Source: Acidobacteriota bacterium (GTDB taxonomy: Bacteria > Acidobacteriota > UBA890 > WLXD01). Taken from it: 64,000 bases of DNA. The position numbers and the translations under genes were made by a program. Below, in pieces: positions 48,694 to 58,820 of the stretch. The notes below the pieces were generated by a model. That model saw nothing but the letters and a program-made list of their open reading frames with translations, did no database searches and had not been told where the DNA came from. Location of the stretch: contig CBDBHB010000009.1 in NCBI GenBank assembly GCA_965205505.1, forward strand, positions 992,001-1,056,000, in the 5' to 3' direction. Numbering within the stretch: the first letter of the stretch is position 1; the number at the start of each line of letters is the position of its first letter.

Positions 48694-50350
48694 GATACTG
48701 ACGCTCGCTCTTGTCGGCACCCTGGCGGCAGGATGCAGCCAACCGATTCTCGACGATGGGGCGCGGCTGGAGGTTCTCATCGAGCGCTACATCGGCGCCC
48801 GCGACTCGGAGTCGACGGCGTCGAGGGACATTCGCGCTGCCGCCTTCGTCGGCAGGATTGCCGCCAGCCGCGTATTGCTGGCGCAGTTGCGCGGCGTTTC
48901 CATCGGCGCGTTGTCGCGCGCCCAGCGTATCGACCGTGCCTACCTGATCGGTGCTCTGGAGGCGGAGATCTTCGACGCCGAGGCGCTGCGGCGCTGGGAA
49001 ACGGATCCCACGATCTACGTTCCAGCTGGCGCGATCGCCGGTGCGCTCGATGCTGCGCAGGCCGAACCTTCGCCGGGCTCGCTCGAGCGCCTCGTGGTCC
49101 TGCTGGACGACATCCCTTCGGCTGTGGAGGCGGCGCGGACCAACCTTGGCAGGCCCCCACGCAGGTTCACTGAGGCGGCGATCTTCGAGGTCGCCGCGAC
49201 CCTCGCGACGTTGCGAGAGCGCGGCGCGGTGATCGCCGAGACTACCACTGGGACAACTCTCGTCGATTCCGCCGACGTTGCAATCGAGGCTCTGCAGCGG
49301 TTCGAGGGCATCCTGCGCAACGATGTGCTGCCACGCTCCGACGGTGATTGGGCCATCGGCAAGGAGCACTACGACTTCCTGTTACAGCATCGCTGGCTGC
49401 TCGATGCCGATGCCGACGCGATCCTGGAGAGGGGTCAGCGAGCGTTCGATGAAGCCGAAACGCGAGCTCAGGAGATCGCCGACCGCATCGCTCCCGGTAT
49501 GCACTGGATCGATGTGTACGAGTCGGTCAAGGATGATCATCCACCCTTCGATGCCATCAAGGGCGCCTATCAATCTCAGATGGACGCGGCGCGCGCGTTC
49601 GTTCGTGACCATCAGGTGGTCACGCTGCCAGATGGTGAACACGTCATCACCGTGGACACGCCGCCCGCCATGCGGCGGTCGTCGCCGTTCGGGACGTTTC
49701 AAACGGTGCGACCGCTCGACGACGGACTCGAAGGGCGGCTCGTGCTCACGCCAATCGATGCGGAGCTGCCCGCCGACCAGCGCCTCGAGCGATCACGCTC
49801 GCACCATCACGCCTGGACGCCGATCATCGCCGTTCACGAGGCTTATCCGGGACATCATGTGCACGCGTTGAAAGCGAGGCAGAACGTCCGGTTGCTGCGG
49901 CGCGTGGCCGGCGAGCCCATCACCCTCGAGGGCTGGGGACTCTTCACCGAGAAGCTGATGTTCGAGCTCGGCTTCCTGGCGGGAGACGAAGTCGAGCTCA
50001 CCATCCTGCGCAACCGGCTGTGGCGTGCGGCGCGCGTTATTCTCGACGTGAGCCTCCACACGCGCCGCATGGGAATCCCACAGGCAGTCGATTTCCTCGT
50101 CGATCGTGTTCGCTTCGAGCGCCGTGCAGCGGAGCTCGAGGTGGGCATGTATCCGCGGCGCCCGACCTACGTGCTCGGCTATCTCATCGGCATGCAGGAG
50201 ATCGAGCGGCTGCGCGACGATTGGGTGGCTGCCAACGGACTGCCGAACCCACCGTCCAAGCTATACGATGCTCTCCTGTCGGCCGGCGGCATCCCGCCGG
50301 CGCTCATCCGCGCCGAGCTGCTCGGCGAGGAGATACCGGAGCGTCAATGA
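48674..50350 (+). CDS. DUF885 family lipoprotein
   Basis: LAAGC lipobox; HEAYPGHH, EGWGL..E, LWRAARVILD. Confidence 0.88.
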   Translation: MVASVGKILTLALVGTLAAGCSQPILDDGARLEVLIERYIGARDSESTASRDIRAAAFVGRIAASRVLLAQLRGVSIGALSRAQRIDRAYLIGALEAEIFDAEALRRWETDPTIYVPAGAIAGALDAAQAEPSPGSLERLVVLLDDIPSAVEAARTNLGRPPRRFTEAAIFEVAATLATLRERGAVIAETTTGTTLVDSADVAIEALQRFEGILRNDVLPRSDGDWAIGKEHYDFLLQHRWLLDADADAILERGQRAFDEAETRAQEIADRIAPGMHWIDVYESVKDDHPPFDAIKGAYQSQMDAARAFVRDHQVVTLPDGEHVITVDTPPAMRRSSPFGTFQTVRPLDDGLEGRLVLTPIDAELPADQRLERSRSHHHAWTPIIAVHEAYPGHHVHALKARQNVRLLRRVAGEPITLEGWGLFTEKLMFELGFLAGDEVELTILRNRLWRAARVILDVSLHTRRMGIPQAVDFLVDRVRFERRAAELEVGMYPRRPTYVLGYLIGMQEIERLRDDWVAANGLPNPPSKLYDALLSAGGIPPALIRAELLGEEIPERQ

Positions 50351-50396
50351 ACACGTCCTCGGGCGGGATAGGCTGCGCCCACCGGAGGCGTACTCG

Positions 50397-51149
50397 ATGG
50401 TGGTGAAGTTGCCGAGCGGTGCGGACCTGGATGGCATGCGTGCCGTTGCCGGCGTCGTGGCGCGCACCATCGACAGCATGCGGCGCGAGCTGCGAGCCGG
50501 TATCACAACGCGAGAGCTCGACGCGGTAGGGCGCCGCGAGCTTGCCAACCACGGTGCCCGCTCCGCCCCCGAGCTGGTGTACGGATTCCCCGCCGCCACC
50601 TGCATCAGCGTGAACGACCAAGCGGCTCACGGGATTCCTGGCGACCGTGAGGTGCGCGATGCGGATCTGGTCAACATCGACGTTTCCGCCGAGCTCGACG
50701 GCTACTATGCCGACGCTGGCGCCTCGTTCCCGGTGGGCGCGGTTACACCGCTGGCGCAGCAACTCTGCGATGCCGCGCAGGAGGCGCTGTGCGAGGCGCT
50801 ACGCGCAGTGCGCCCCGGCAAGCTCGTCAACGCGGTTGGTCGGGCCGTCGAGAGGGTGGCCGGGGAACGAGGATTTCGAGTGATTCGTAACCTCTGTGGA
50901 CATGGGGTGGGTCGCAGCATCCACGAGGACCCCCGCACGCTGCTCAACTACTACGAGCCGCGCGACCGCCGGCGTTTCAGCGAGGGCTTGGTGCTCACCG
51001 TCGAGCCGTTCCTTTCGATCTCGTCGAATCGCGCCGTCCAGGACGATGATGGGTGGACTCTGCGCACGGGCGACGGCAGCCTGGCGGCACAGTTCGAGCA
51101 CACGGTGGTGGTGACCCGCACGGGCGCCGAGTTATTGACGGCGTTATGA
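50397..51149 (+). CDS. map: Type I methionine aminopeptidase
   Basis: CISVND..AHGIP, NIDVS, DGYYAD, GHGVGRSIHEDP, VEP, AQFEHT; SD GGAGG before ATG 50397. Confidence 0.95.
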   Translation: MVVKLPSGADLDGMRAVAGVVARTIDSMRRELRAGITTRELDAVGRRELANHGARSAPELVYGFPAATCISVNDQAAHGIPGDREVRDADLVNIDVSAELDGYYADAGASFPVGAVTPLAQQLCDAAQEALCEALRAVRPGKLVNAVGRAVERVAGERGFRVIRNLCGHGVGRSIHEDPRTLLNYYEPRDRRRFSEGLVLTVEPFLSISSNRAVQDDDGWTLRTGDGSLAAQFEHTVVVTRTGAELLTAL

Positions 51150-51161
51150 TCGAGCAGGTCG

Positions 51162-51231
51162 CTGAGCGATCGTAAGGTGCCGCTGATGCAGCCCTACATG
51201 AAGACCGACATGCCGTTCTTCGGCGTTGTCA
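51162..51231 (+). pseudogene. N-terminal remnant of an AlkD-like DNA alkylation repair protein
   Basis: LSDRKVPLMQPYMKTDMPFFGV resembles, from recall, the M.AYMK..MPF.GV N-terminal motif of this family; ends at the repeat. Confidence 0.55.
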
Positions 51232-51510
51232 CTAGCAGGCCGTGGTGAAAGTGTGGTGGGTCTGGCGACAGGGTCTTGCGAAGTGGAGGCAAGGAGAGAG
51301 GAGGAGGCGATGGTAACCCCATCGTTGACGAGGAACGACGCAGCATACGCGCGCAACCCCCTGTTGCCGGAAGGGTTACGGCGATTTGGGGCCATTTGCG
51401 GCGTTGACCTTCCTGGACGATGGCTAGGGCATCGCCTGTGTCAGGCCGCCTTACATCTGGCCCCAACTCGCCGTAACCAGACCCACCACACTTTCACCAC
51501 GGCCTGCTAG
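51232..51510 (+). mobile_element. 279-bp MITE-like structured repeat, full copy
   Basis: Perfect TIRs, CTAG ends; abuts the stop of the VOC gene. Confidence 0.92.
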
Positions 51511-52284
51511 CTAAGCTTCGGCAGCGACGGCCCTGGCGTGCAGTGCAAAGAAACCCCCCTGCGGGTCCGTCGCCTGCACAATGTAGTCGCCACCGGGAAC
51601 CTGCATCGGCCCGTTGACAATCGTGCCCCCGAGCTCGCTGATTTGTGCCGCCGCGGTATCGCAGCTGCCGACTTCAGCGTAGTAGAGCCACGCCGCCACC
51701 GGCATTTGCTCAGGCTTTTTCCACATCCCACCTACCTCTCGGCCGTTGACGCTGAAGATGCGATAAGTGCCGTGATCCTCGCCCAGGTCCATATCGTTCG
51801 AGATCTCCCAGGCGAACAGCGTGGAGTAGAAGCTCCAGGCGGCATCCAGGTCGATGGTGGCGAGCTCGTTCCAGGCGAACTCGCCGATCGCAGCATCGCG
51901 GTTGGCCCGGGGCGCGCTCACCGGTTGGTAGAACCCCACCACGGCGCCCTGCGGATCCATCAGCACGGCAACCTTTCCAATCTCCGGCAGCTCCATCTCG
52001 TGCAAGATGTTGGCGCCCAGCTCACGAGCCTGGCTGACTGTGGCGGAGATGTCATCGACGTGGATGTAGCCTAGCCAATGGGTCGGAGCTCCCTGCTCCC
52101 GGGCTTCCTCAGGGAGCTGCATGCAGCCGGCTACCGGGTCGTCGCCGAGCATGAACAGGTGGTAGGGCATGTCGCCCGGAAACTTCTGATGAGCCCATCC
52201 GACGAGCTGCGTGTAGAAGTCGATCGACCCCGCGGGGTCCGTGGACATGATCTCGCACCAAATGAAGCGTCCCTGATCGGTCAA
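51511..52284 (-). CDS. Two-domain VOC/glyoxalase family protein
   Basis: GRFIWCEI, WLGYIHVDD, DPQGA; second domain FAWNEL...DPQGG; TTG with GGAGG upstream. Confidence 0.9.
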   Translation of the reverse strand: MTDQGRFIWCEIMSTDPAGSIDFYTQLVGWAHQKFPGDMPYHLFMLGDDPVAGCMQLPEEAREQGAPTHWLGYIHVDDISATVSQARELGANILHEMELPEIGKVAVLMDPQGAVVGFYQPVSAPRANRDAAIGEFAWNELATIDLDAAWSFYSTLFAWEISNDMDLGEDHGTYRIFSVNGREVGGMWKKPEQMPVAAWLYYAEVGSCDTAAAQISELGGTIVNGPMQVPGGDYIVQATDPQGGFFALHARAVAAEA

Positions 52285-52378
52285 GGGTACCTCCGTCTCC
52301 GTTCGTCTCCGGATGAACGTGGCTGCGTCTCGCGAAGCGAACATTCTCGGCCACGGCGTGTCAGCGTGCTAGCTGTGC

Positions 52379-55300
52379 TCAGCTCGCCGCCGCCGGTGCC
52401 CCGTTCAACGCATCCTCGTCGAGGACGCGGTCGAGGGTCTCCACCAATCGGTCGGCGTCGGGTACCGAGAAGCACAGCGGTGGCTTGATCTTCAGGACAT
52501 TGTGCAGCGGGCCGTCGGTGCTCATCAGGATGCCGTGATCTCGTAGGCGATTGACTACGTACGAGGCCTCGTCGTCGGCTGGCACTAGCGTCTGTCGGTC
52601 GCGAACCAGCTCGATGCCGAGGTACAGGCCGCGGCCGCGGACGTCGCCGATGAGCTGGTGTTTCGGCCGCAGCTCGCGAAGCCCTTCGAGGAGGTGCTCG
52701 CCGACGACGCGGGCGTTAGCTTGCAATCCCTCCTCCTCGATCACGTCCAGTACCGCCATCCCGACGGCGGCGGCGACCGGGTTGCCGCCGAAGGTGTTGA
52801 AGTACTCCATCCCGTTGGCGAAGGAGTGGGCGATTGCTGGCGTGGTGATCACCGCGGCCAGCGGGTAGCCGTTGCCGATCGGCTTGCCGAGCGTGACAAT
52901 GTCGGGCGTCGCGCCCATGGCATCGAAGGCCCAGAAGTGGCTCCCGACCCGCCCGAACCCGACCTGCACCTCATCTGCGATGCAGACGCCGCCGTCGGCG
53001 CGTACGTGCTCGAATGCCTTCGACAGGTAGCCCTCAGGGGGCACGATCTGGCCGCCGCAGCCGAGCAGCGGCTCGGCGATTAATGCCGCCACGCCGCCGT
53101 CCTGTGCGCAGCAGCGCGCGACATCTGCGGCGTAACGAGTGGCTGCATCAGGGTCAGTCGATTTGTACGGGCCGCGATAAGGGTCGGGCATGCAGGCCAC
53201 GTGTACCCATGGCGGCGGACCCGATCCACCCGGCCCGGCGTGCTTGTAGGGGCTCAGGTCGATCAGTTGCGACGTGTTGCCATGATAGGCGCCGTCGAGC
53301 GTCACGACATCGTGCCGGTCCGTGTGAGCGCGCGCCATGCGAAGCGCCAACTCGTTCGCCTCGCTGCCCGAGCAGACGAAGAAGCAGACCTGCAGTGTCT
53401 CGGGCAGCATCGCGGTGAGGCGCTCGGCATAGCGCACGATGTTGCCGTGTAGGTAGCGCGTATTGGTGTTGAGGACGGCGTCCTGCCGCTGCGCGGCGGC
53501 GACCACCTTGGGGTGTGCGTGACCGACGTGCGGCACGTTGTTGACCGCGTCGAGGAACGGCTGGCCGTCGACGTCGTAGAGGAACTGACGGAAGCCGCGC
53601 ACGATGGTCAGCGGGCGGCGGTATGCGATGCTCAGCGACGGGCCAAGATGCTCCTTTCGCCGTGCCATGATCCGTTCTAGGACCGGTTGCGGTGTGGTCG
53701 ACGGAAGCCCCGGCAAGTCGAGAATCAGGTTGGGATCGGGCGACAGGCTCGTGTAGATCTGGCGCTCGGCTGGCGTCGATACGCCAGGGAAGTCGCCCTT
53801 GTTGCCAACCGGATCGGCGATCACCTGGAAATGCAGGTGCGGAGCCCAGTCGCCGGTGTCCGGGAAGTTTCCAATCGTGCCGATCTGCGTCCCGAGCTTG
53901 ACGGTCGACCCGTGATCGAGCTGCGCCACCGATTCCAGCGTGAGATGCCCGTAAAGCGTGTAGAAACGGGGTCCGTCCTCCGGATCGTGCTGCAGGACTA
54001 TGGTCGGTCCGTAGTTCAACCGGCCAGTATTGATCCTGACGCTCGCCACCGTGCCGGCGAGCGGTGCGTGGACGGGTGTTCCCGGCGGCGCGAAGAGGTC
54101 GACTCCTAAATGCACGGTGCGCCGCCGCGGCGCCTCATTGGCCGGTGCGGCGAACAGCTCACCGCCGTACCAGCACCGCGTCTCGTCGTAGCGTCCGACA
54201 CCCAGCGTGGCTTCGGCGCGGCGCAAGACGGCGGCGAGTCGTTCGTTCAAGGCCGCGGCATCGAACGTGCCCGGCGCGCCGCCGCCCATGTCGACGCTGC
54301 CGACACCAAGGTCGAGCACCTCGACTGCGGGCGGCTCGATACCCGGTGCGACAACGGCGGCGAAGCTGCCGCGCTTGGCGGTGAGCCAGCGGCGTAGCTC
54401 GGCCCCCGCTAGGCTCGGCTCCCAGCCACAGGCGTGCCGAAGATGGCAAGTCGCCAGGCCTCGGTCGATAGCTCCCAGCCGAGCCAGCGCCTCCCAGGCG
54501 TGGCGCTGGCTCACCAGCAGGTAGTCGTTGTCGGGATCGGCGGGGTGCTGTTGTGCGGCATTGCAGACGCTCAGACAGAGGCGCATCAGCACCAGGTCGA
54601 ACAGCACGTCCACCTCGGCCTCGTGCAGGGGAAATTTCGCGTGATAGGCGCCGACCACATCACCGGCGATCTCCATCGGGTCGTCGCGGTCGAGCATCGC
54701 GTAGGCGAGGCCGACCGCGAGCTCGCCGACGGTAGGAGCCCACAGGGTGTCGCCGACATCGATGAGGCCGACCACCCGGCGCCGCGGCCAACCGTCGACG
54801 CTCTCGAGCGGACCCACGATCACGTTGTGATCGTTGCCGTCGTTGTGGATCACGCTCGAGCGCAACCGCCGCAACACGGGATCGACACGGTCAGCAAAGT
54901 GAGATTGCAGCCGCTCCACCTCCGTCCGCCCTTCACCCGCCGGGATCAGCGGCAACGCTGCCTCGAACGTTTGCTGGGCGCGCAGCATGTTCCATTTCAG
55001 GCTGCGGTCGGCCGCCTCATGCTCGAGTCCTTCGAGCGCCGTGCTGACGTGGCCGAGCAGGTCACCCAGCTGACGGGCGAGCTGCCGAGAGCGCGGGCGC
55101 ACGCCGGCCATCGGTACCCCGTCGACCCAGGTCAGCAGGCAGGCCGTGGAGCGCTCGCCCCCCGCTTCGACAACGGTCAGGTCGCCGCCGTCGACCCCCT
55201 GAACCAGCCGCGGGAAAGTGTACTCACAGGGATGGTCGGCCAGGCGCCGCAGGACGGCGTTTTGCAGATCGAGCACTAGGCTGCGCTCGAGGGCGTTGAA

Positions 55301-55462
55301 TAGCTTCAGCACATGGCGATTGCCTGCGGCATCGCGAAGGAGAAAGTTCTGATCGCGCTCGCTGGTCAGCTCCTGGCAGGTCACCTCCAGACCGAAATAC
55401 CGCCGAGCGAGGTCCGACGCCTGATCGGCGTCGAAGCGGGGGCGGGGCGAGGGCGTCGGCAA
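52379..55462 (-). CDS. Fusion: APH/hydroxylysine-kinase-like + M23 peptidase-like + class III PLP enzyme
   Basis: SERDQNF, IHNDGND.N, IDVGD; HLGVDL, LYGHL, PHLHFQ; [26 protein letters not shown]. Confidence 0.9.
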   Translation of the reverse strand: MPTPSPRPRFDADQASDLARRYFGLEVTCQELTSERDQNFLLRDAAGNRHVLKLFNALERSLVLDLQNAVLRRLADHPCEYTFPRLVQGVDGGDLTVVEAGGERSTACLLTWVDGVPMAGVRPRSRQLARQLGDLLGHVSTALEGLEHEAADRSLKWNMLRAQQTFEAALPLIPAGEGRTEVERLQSHFADRVDPVLRRLRSSVIHNDGNDHNVIVGPLESVDGWPRRRVVGLIDVGDTLWAPTVGELAVGLAYAMLDRDDPMEIAGDVVGAYHAKFPLHEAEVDVLFDLVLMRLCLSVCNAAQQHPADPDNDYLLVSQRHAWEALARLGAIDRGLATCHLRHACGWEPSLAGAELRRWLTAKRGSFAAVVAPGIEPPAVEVLDLGVGSVDMGGGAPGTFDAAALNERLAAVLRRAEATLGVGRYDETRCWYGGELFAAPANEAPRRRTVHLGVDLFAPPGTPVHAPLAGTVASVRINTGRLNYGPTIVLQHDPEDGPRFYTLYGHLTLESVAQLDHGSTVKLGTQIGTIGNFPDTGDWAPHLHFQVIADPVGNKGDFPGVSTPAERQIYTSLSPDPNLILDLPGLPSTTPQPVLERIMARRKEHLGPSLSIAYRRPLTIVRGFRQFLYDVDGQPFLDAVNNVPHVGHAHPKVVAAAQRQDAVLNTNTRYLHGNIVRYAERLTAMLPETLQVCFFVCSGSEANELALRMARAHTDRHDVVTLDGAYHGNTSQLIDLSPYKHAGPGGSGPPPWVHVACMPDPYRGPYKSTDPDAATRYAADVARCCAQDGGVAALIAEPLLGCGGQIVPPEGYLSKAFEHVRADGGVCIADEVQVGFGRVGSHFWAFDAMGATPDIVTLGKPIGNGYPLAAVITTPAIAHSFANGMEYFNTFGGNPVAAAVGMAVLDVIEEEGLQANARVVGEHLLEGLRELRPKHQLIGDVRGRGLYLGIELVRDRQTLVPADDEASYVVNRLRDHGILMSTDGPLHNVLKIKPPLCFSVPDADRLVETLDRVLDEDALNGAPAAAS

Positions 55463-55648
55463 GATCGTTCCAGGTCAGGAGACGGCGAGCGCAGAGTGTA
55501 CCGTCGGCCCCGTCACCGCGGTACACGCACCGTCTCTCGGCTGCGTCCTCGTCATAGCTTTGATGCGCGTGGCTCACGTGGTTCCTCCATGCATCCTGAA
55601 GTGACGGAACTGCACGGGGCCATGACCACTCGCTGCCTTCCGACCCTC

Positions 55649-55719
55649 ACGGACTTCAAATCCGTTGGGGGGCGTCGGAAGGCGTCCTTGCTGGGTTCGA
55701 TTCCCAGACGTTCCCGCCA
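55649..55719 (+). tRNA. selC: 3' portion of tRNA-Sec (anticodon arm to CCA); 5' acceptor strand and D-arm absent
   Basis: acgga-CTTCAAA-tccgt (UCA anticodon), long variable arm, ctggg-TTCGATT-cccag T-arm, acgttccc-G-CCA; no complementary gggaacgt upstream. Confidence 0.8.
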
Positions 55720-55849
55720 ATTTCGTCCCCCGATGAACGTTGAGGATACTGTTCCTCTGACCCGGCTAGGTTGCCGACCGCGCGAGTGGCCGTGGCGAGT
55801 CACTCGCCGTCAAGGCATCCTCGGTATATTCGTGGGAGGCAGCGCATCC

Positions 55850-56959
55850 CTAACCCCACACGGCTCGCGCCGTCTCGACCACCTCTCGCAGCTTGTCGCG
55901 CTGCTGCTGCACGGTGATTCGGTTGCCGATGATGGACGAGGAGAACCCGCACTGAGGGCTGAGGGCGAGCTGCTCGAGCGGGAAAAACCGGGCAGCCTGT
56001 TCGATGCGAGCCCGCAGCTCGGCTACGCTGCTGCGGCGTGAGCGCTTGGTCGTCACCAGCCCGAGCACGACCATTTTGTCCTCGGGTATTTCCCCCAGCG
56101 CCGCGAAAGACCCGGAGCGCTGGTCGTCGTACTCCAGCAATAGCCGCTGCGCCTTGATTCGCCGGACGATGGGGCCAACCAGACGATCGTAGCCGCCCTC
56201 CACGAGCCAGCGGCTAGCCTGGTTGCCTTTGCAGAGGTGCAAGCCGACCGTCACTCCCGGGTGCACGCCGATGACCTCGTTGTCGAGCTCGACGCCCAGC
56301 CGCAGCCAGGTATCCAGGCTCCATCCCTGCCCCTCGTAGAAGGCGCGCGTGCGCGGATCCAGGAGCAACGGGTAGTGGGGTGCGTCCAACTGTATGTACG
56401 TGGCCCCGCACCGCACCAGCTCGTTGACGTCGTCGCGGAGGATAGACGCCACGTCGGTCAGGAAGGACGTCAGCGACGGGTATGCGTGCCGGGAAAGCTT
56501 CCTGGACCAGAAGCTTGCAAACAGGCTCGGGCTCGGCAACGTCGCCTTCGGCGTGCGCGTTGTTCGATCCTTCAGGTAGCTGAACTCGTCGGCCGAAAGC
56601 CACCGTCTGCGCACCAGCTTGTCGACCACGCCCAGTCGCTCCGGTCGCCTCTTGCTGACGTCACCGATGCCCTCGTCGCCGTGCCAGTCACCCCACAGGA
56701 AGGCATCGAGGTCCCAGGCTCCGAAGCCATCGACAGCCTGGAGCAGACATGACTGGAAGGAAAGCCGCCTCATCTCGCCGTCGGTGACGATCTCCAGGCC
56801 CACGTCTTCCTGAAGGGCGATCGCCTCGTCGACCGCGCGGTCCTCGATGGAGGTGAGCTCTTCCTCGTTGATGCGACCGGCGGCCAGATCGCGGCGCGCC
56901 CGCAGCAGCCATGTTGGCCGAAGCAAGCTGCCGACGACGTCGGTGTGTGCGGTGATCAT
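55850..56959 (-). CDS. Cobalamin-independent methionine synthase II (MetE C-terminal-like) family
   Basis: VVGSLLRP, TDGEMRR, IQLDAP, HLCKGN, LEYD, LSPQCGF. Confidence 0.9.
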   Translation of the reverse strand: MITAHTDVVGSLLRPTWLLRARRDLAAGRINEEELTSIEDRAVDEAIALQEDVGLEIVTDGEMRRLSFQSCLLQAVDGFGAWDLDAFLWGDWHGDEGIGDVSKRRPERLGVVDKLVRRRWLSADEFSYLKDRTTRTPKATLPSPSLFASFWSRKLSRHAYPSLTSFLTDVASILRDDVNELVRCGATYIQLDAPHYPLLLDPRTRAFYEGQGWSLDTWLRLGVELDNEVIGVHPGVTVGLHLCKGNQASRWLVEGGYDRLVGPIVRRIKAQRLLLEYDDQRSGSFAALGEIPEDKMVVLGLVTTKRSRRSSVAELRARIEQAARFFPLEQLALSPQCGFSSSIIGNRITVQQQRDKLREVVETARAVWG

Positions 56960-57195
56960 CGAGGGTTACGGTATGCGATCCTGGGAGAGATTCCCATCTG
57001 GATCCGGCCGACGTCCAAGCAGGTGGATTCTGAGCAGATGAGGCCCAAACGGAAGCAATTCGACCAGCTAGAGCTGCTGATGTCCAATCAGCACGACCCT
57101 CTGGAAGCGACTGGTATCAAAGGGAATTTGCGATCCTCGCCCGGCCGGCACCTCTTTGTCCCACCCACAGCGTTCGAGGGATGTTCGGAGAAAGC

Positions 57196-57609
57196 ATGGA
57201 CGCCTCTCTCTACCGTTTTCTCGCCGACCTGACGGTTCTGATTCACCTCGGCTTCGTAACGATCGTGGTGGCCGGAGGGCTCCTGGTGCTCCGATGGCGC
57301 CGTCTCGCCTGGGTGCATGTGCCGTGTGCCGTGTGGGGCGCGCTCATCGAGCTCGGCGGCTGGATCTGTCCTCTCACGCCGCTGGAAAACCGGTGGCGCC
57401 GGCAAGCCGGCCTGCACGGATACGAAGGAAGCTTCGTGGAGCACTACTTGATACCCGTGCTCTACCCCGCCGAGCTGACGCGAGAGCTCCAAATCGGTCT
57501 GGGGCTGGTGGTGATCGCGCTTAACGTCGTGATCTACGGCTGGATTTGGCGCCGCGGCCGCCAACCATCAAGCAAACGATACGTGTCGAGCGGGCAAGAC
57601 TCAGCTTGA
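57196..57609 (+). CDS. DUF2784 family membrane protein
   Basis: LADLTVLIHLGF, WICPLTPLEN, FVEHYLIPVLYP. Confidence 0.88.
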   Translation: MDASLYRFLADLTVLIHLGFVTIVVAGGLLVLRWRRLAWVHVPCAVWGALIELGGWICPLTPLENRWRRQAGLHGYEGSFVEHYLIPVLYPAELTRELQIGLGLVVIALNVVIYGWIWRRGRQPSSKRYVSSGQDSA

Positions 57610-57624
57610 GTTGACAGTACCCTG

Positions 57625-57903
57625 CTAGCAGGCCGTGGTGGAAGTGTGGCGGGCCTGGCGACAGGGTCTTGCGAGGCGGAGGCAAGTCGAGAGGAGGAGG
57701 CGATGGCTACCCCATCGTTGACGAGGAACGACGCAGCATAGGCGCGCAACCCCCTATCGCCCGGAGGGTTACGGCGATTTGGGGTCATCTGCGGCGTTGG
57801 CCCTCCTGGACGATGGCTGGAGCATCGCCGGCGTCAGGCCGCCTTCCATCTGACCGCAACTCGCCGTAACCAGGCCCGCCACACTTCCACCACGGCCTGC
57901 CAG
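57625..57903 (+). mobile_element. 279-bp repeat, diverged full-length subtype
   Basis: TIRs ...gtggtggaagtgtggcgggcctgg / ccaggcccgccacacttccaccac...; the right CTAG has decayed to CCAG. Confidence 0.88.
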
Positions 57904-58022
57904 GGGAGTGCGTCGAGGCGGGCTCGATGTTCCCTTGGCTTCGGCGGGCGCCGTAGGATGGGTCTGCGAGCAGGTTCGTGCGGCAAGCAAGAGAAGCCAC
58001 GATATAGAGCCTTGGAGGGGCA

Positions 58023-58781
58023 GTGGGATTCGGCGGACGCAACATTCTGGTGACCGGGGCGTCGCGCGGCATCGGGCGCGCGATTGCAGCTCGCTTCGCG
58101 GCGCAGGGCGGCTGCGTGGCGGTGCACTATCACGTCAATCGTATGGTCGCCGAGGAGACGGTCGGCGAGCTGGACGGTGGGCCGCACTTCGTCGTGCAGG
58201 CCGACGTCTCGGATCCGGATGCGTGTGAACGCCTGGTCTCCGAAACCGCGTCCGAAATGGGCCGGATCGACGTATTGGTGAACAACGCTGGCATATTCGA
58301 GCAGCATCGAGTTGCCGAGGTCGATTTCTTCGCCTGGCGCCGTGCCTGGGATCGGGCGCTGGGCACCAATCTACTGGGCCCGGCGAACCTGATGTACTGC
58401 GTGGCACGGCACATGATGGAGCGCGGCGGCGGCCGCATGATCAATGTCTCCTCGCGCGGCGCCTTTCGCGGTGAGCCCCAGGCTCCTGCCTACGGGGCCA
58501 GCAAGGCGGGGCTCAACGCGCTCAGCCAGTCGCTGGCGCAGGAGCTGGCGCCGCACGGGATCTTCGTGGGCGTGGTGGCGCCGGGGTTTGTGGAGACTGA
58601 CATGGCGGCGCCTCACCTGGCCGGGGAAGCGGGTGAAGCGATTCGCGCGCAGAGCCCGCTCAACCGTGTCGCCATGCCCGATGAGATCGCGCGAGTGGTG
58701 ACGTTTCTGGCCAGCGAGGGTATCGGGTATCTCACCGGCTGCATCGTCGACGCCAACGGTGCCTCGTACCTGCGCACGTAG
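58023..58781 (+). CDS. Short-chain dehydrogenase/reductase
   Basis: [24 protein letters not shown]. Confidence 0.93.
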   Translation: MGFGGRNILVTGASRGIGRAIAARFAAQGGCVAVHYHVNRMVAEETVGELDGGPHFVVQADVSDPDACERLVSETASEMGRIDVLVNNAGIFEQHRVAEVDFFAWRRAWDRALGTNLLGPANLMYCVARHMMERGGGRMINVSSRGAFRGEPQAPAYGASKAGLNALSQSLAQELAPHGIFVGVVAPGFVETDMAAPHLAGEAGEAIRAQSPLNRVAMPDEIARVVTFLASEGIGYLTGCIVDANGASYLRT

Positions 58782-58820
58782 GAGGCGGCGCCGAGATGGT
58801 CGGCGCCCACGGTTGGGCTG

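Noticed and set aside
56960-57190. SAM or cobalamin riboswitch upstream of the MetE-like gene
   Set aside because: No recognisable conserved riboswitch boxes by eye; an Infernal scan would be needed
209-57903. CRISPR array interpretation of the repeats
   Set aside because: Copies are dispersed and 279 bp long, with no repeat-spacer periodicity and no cas genes
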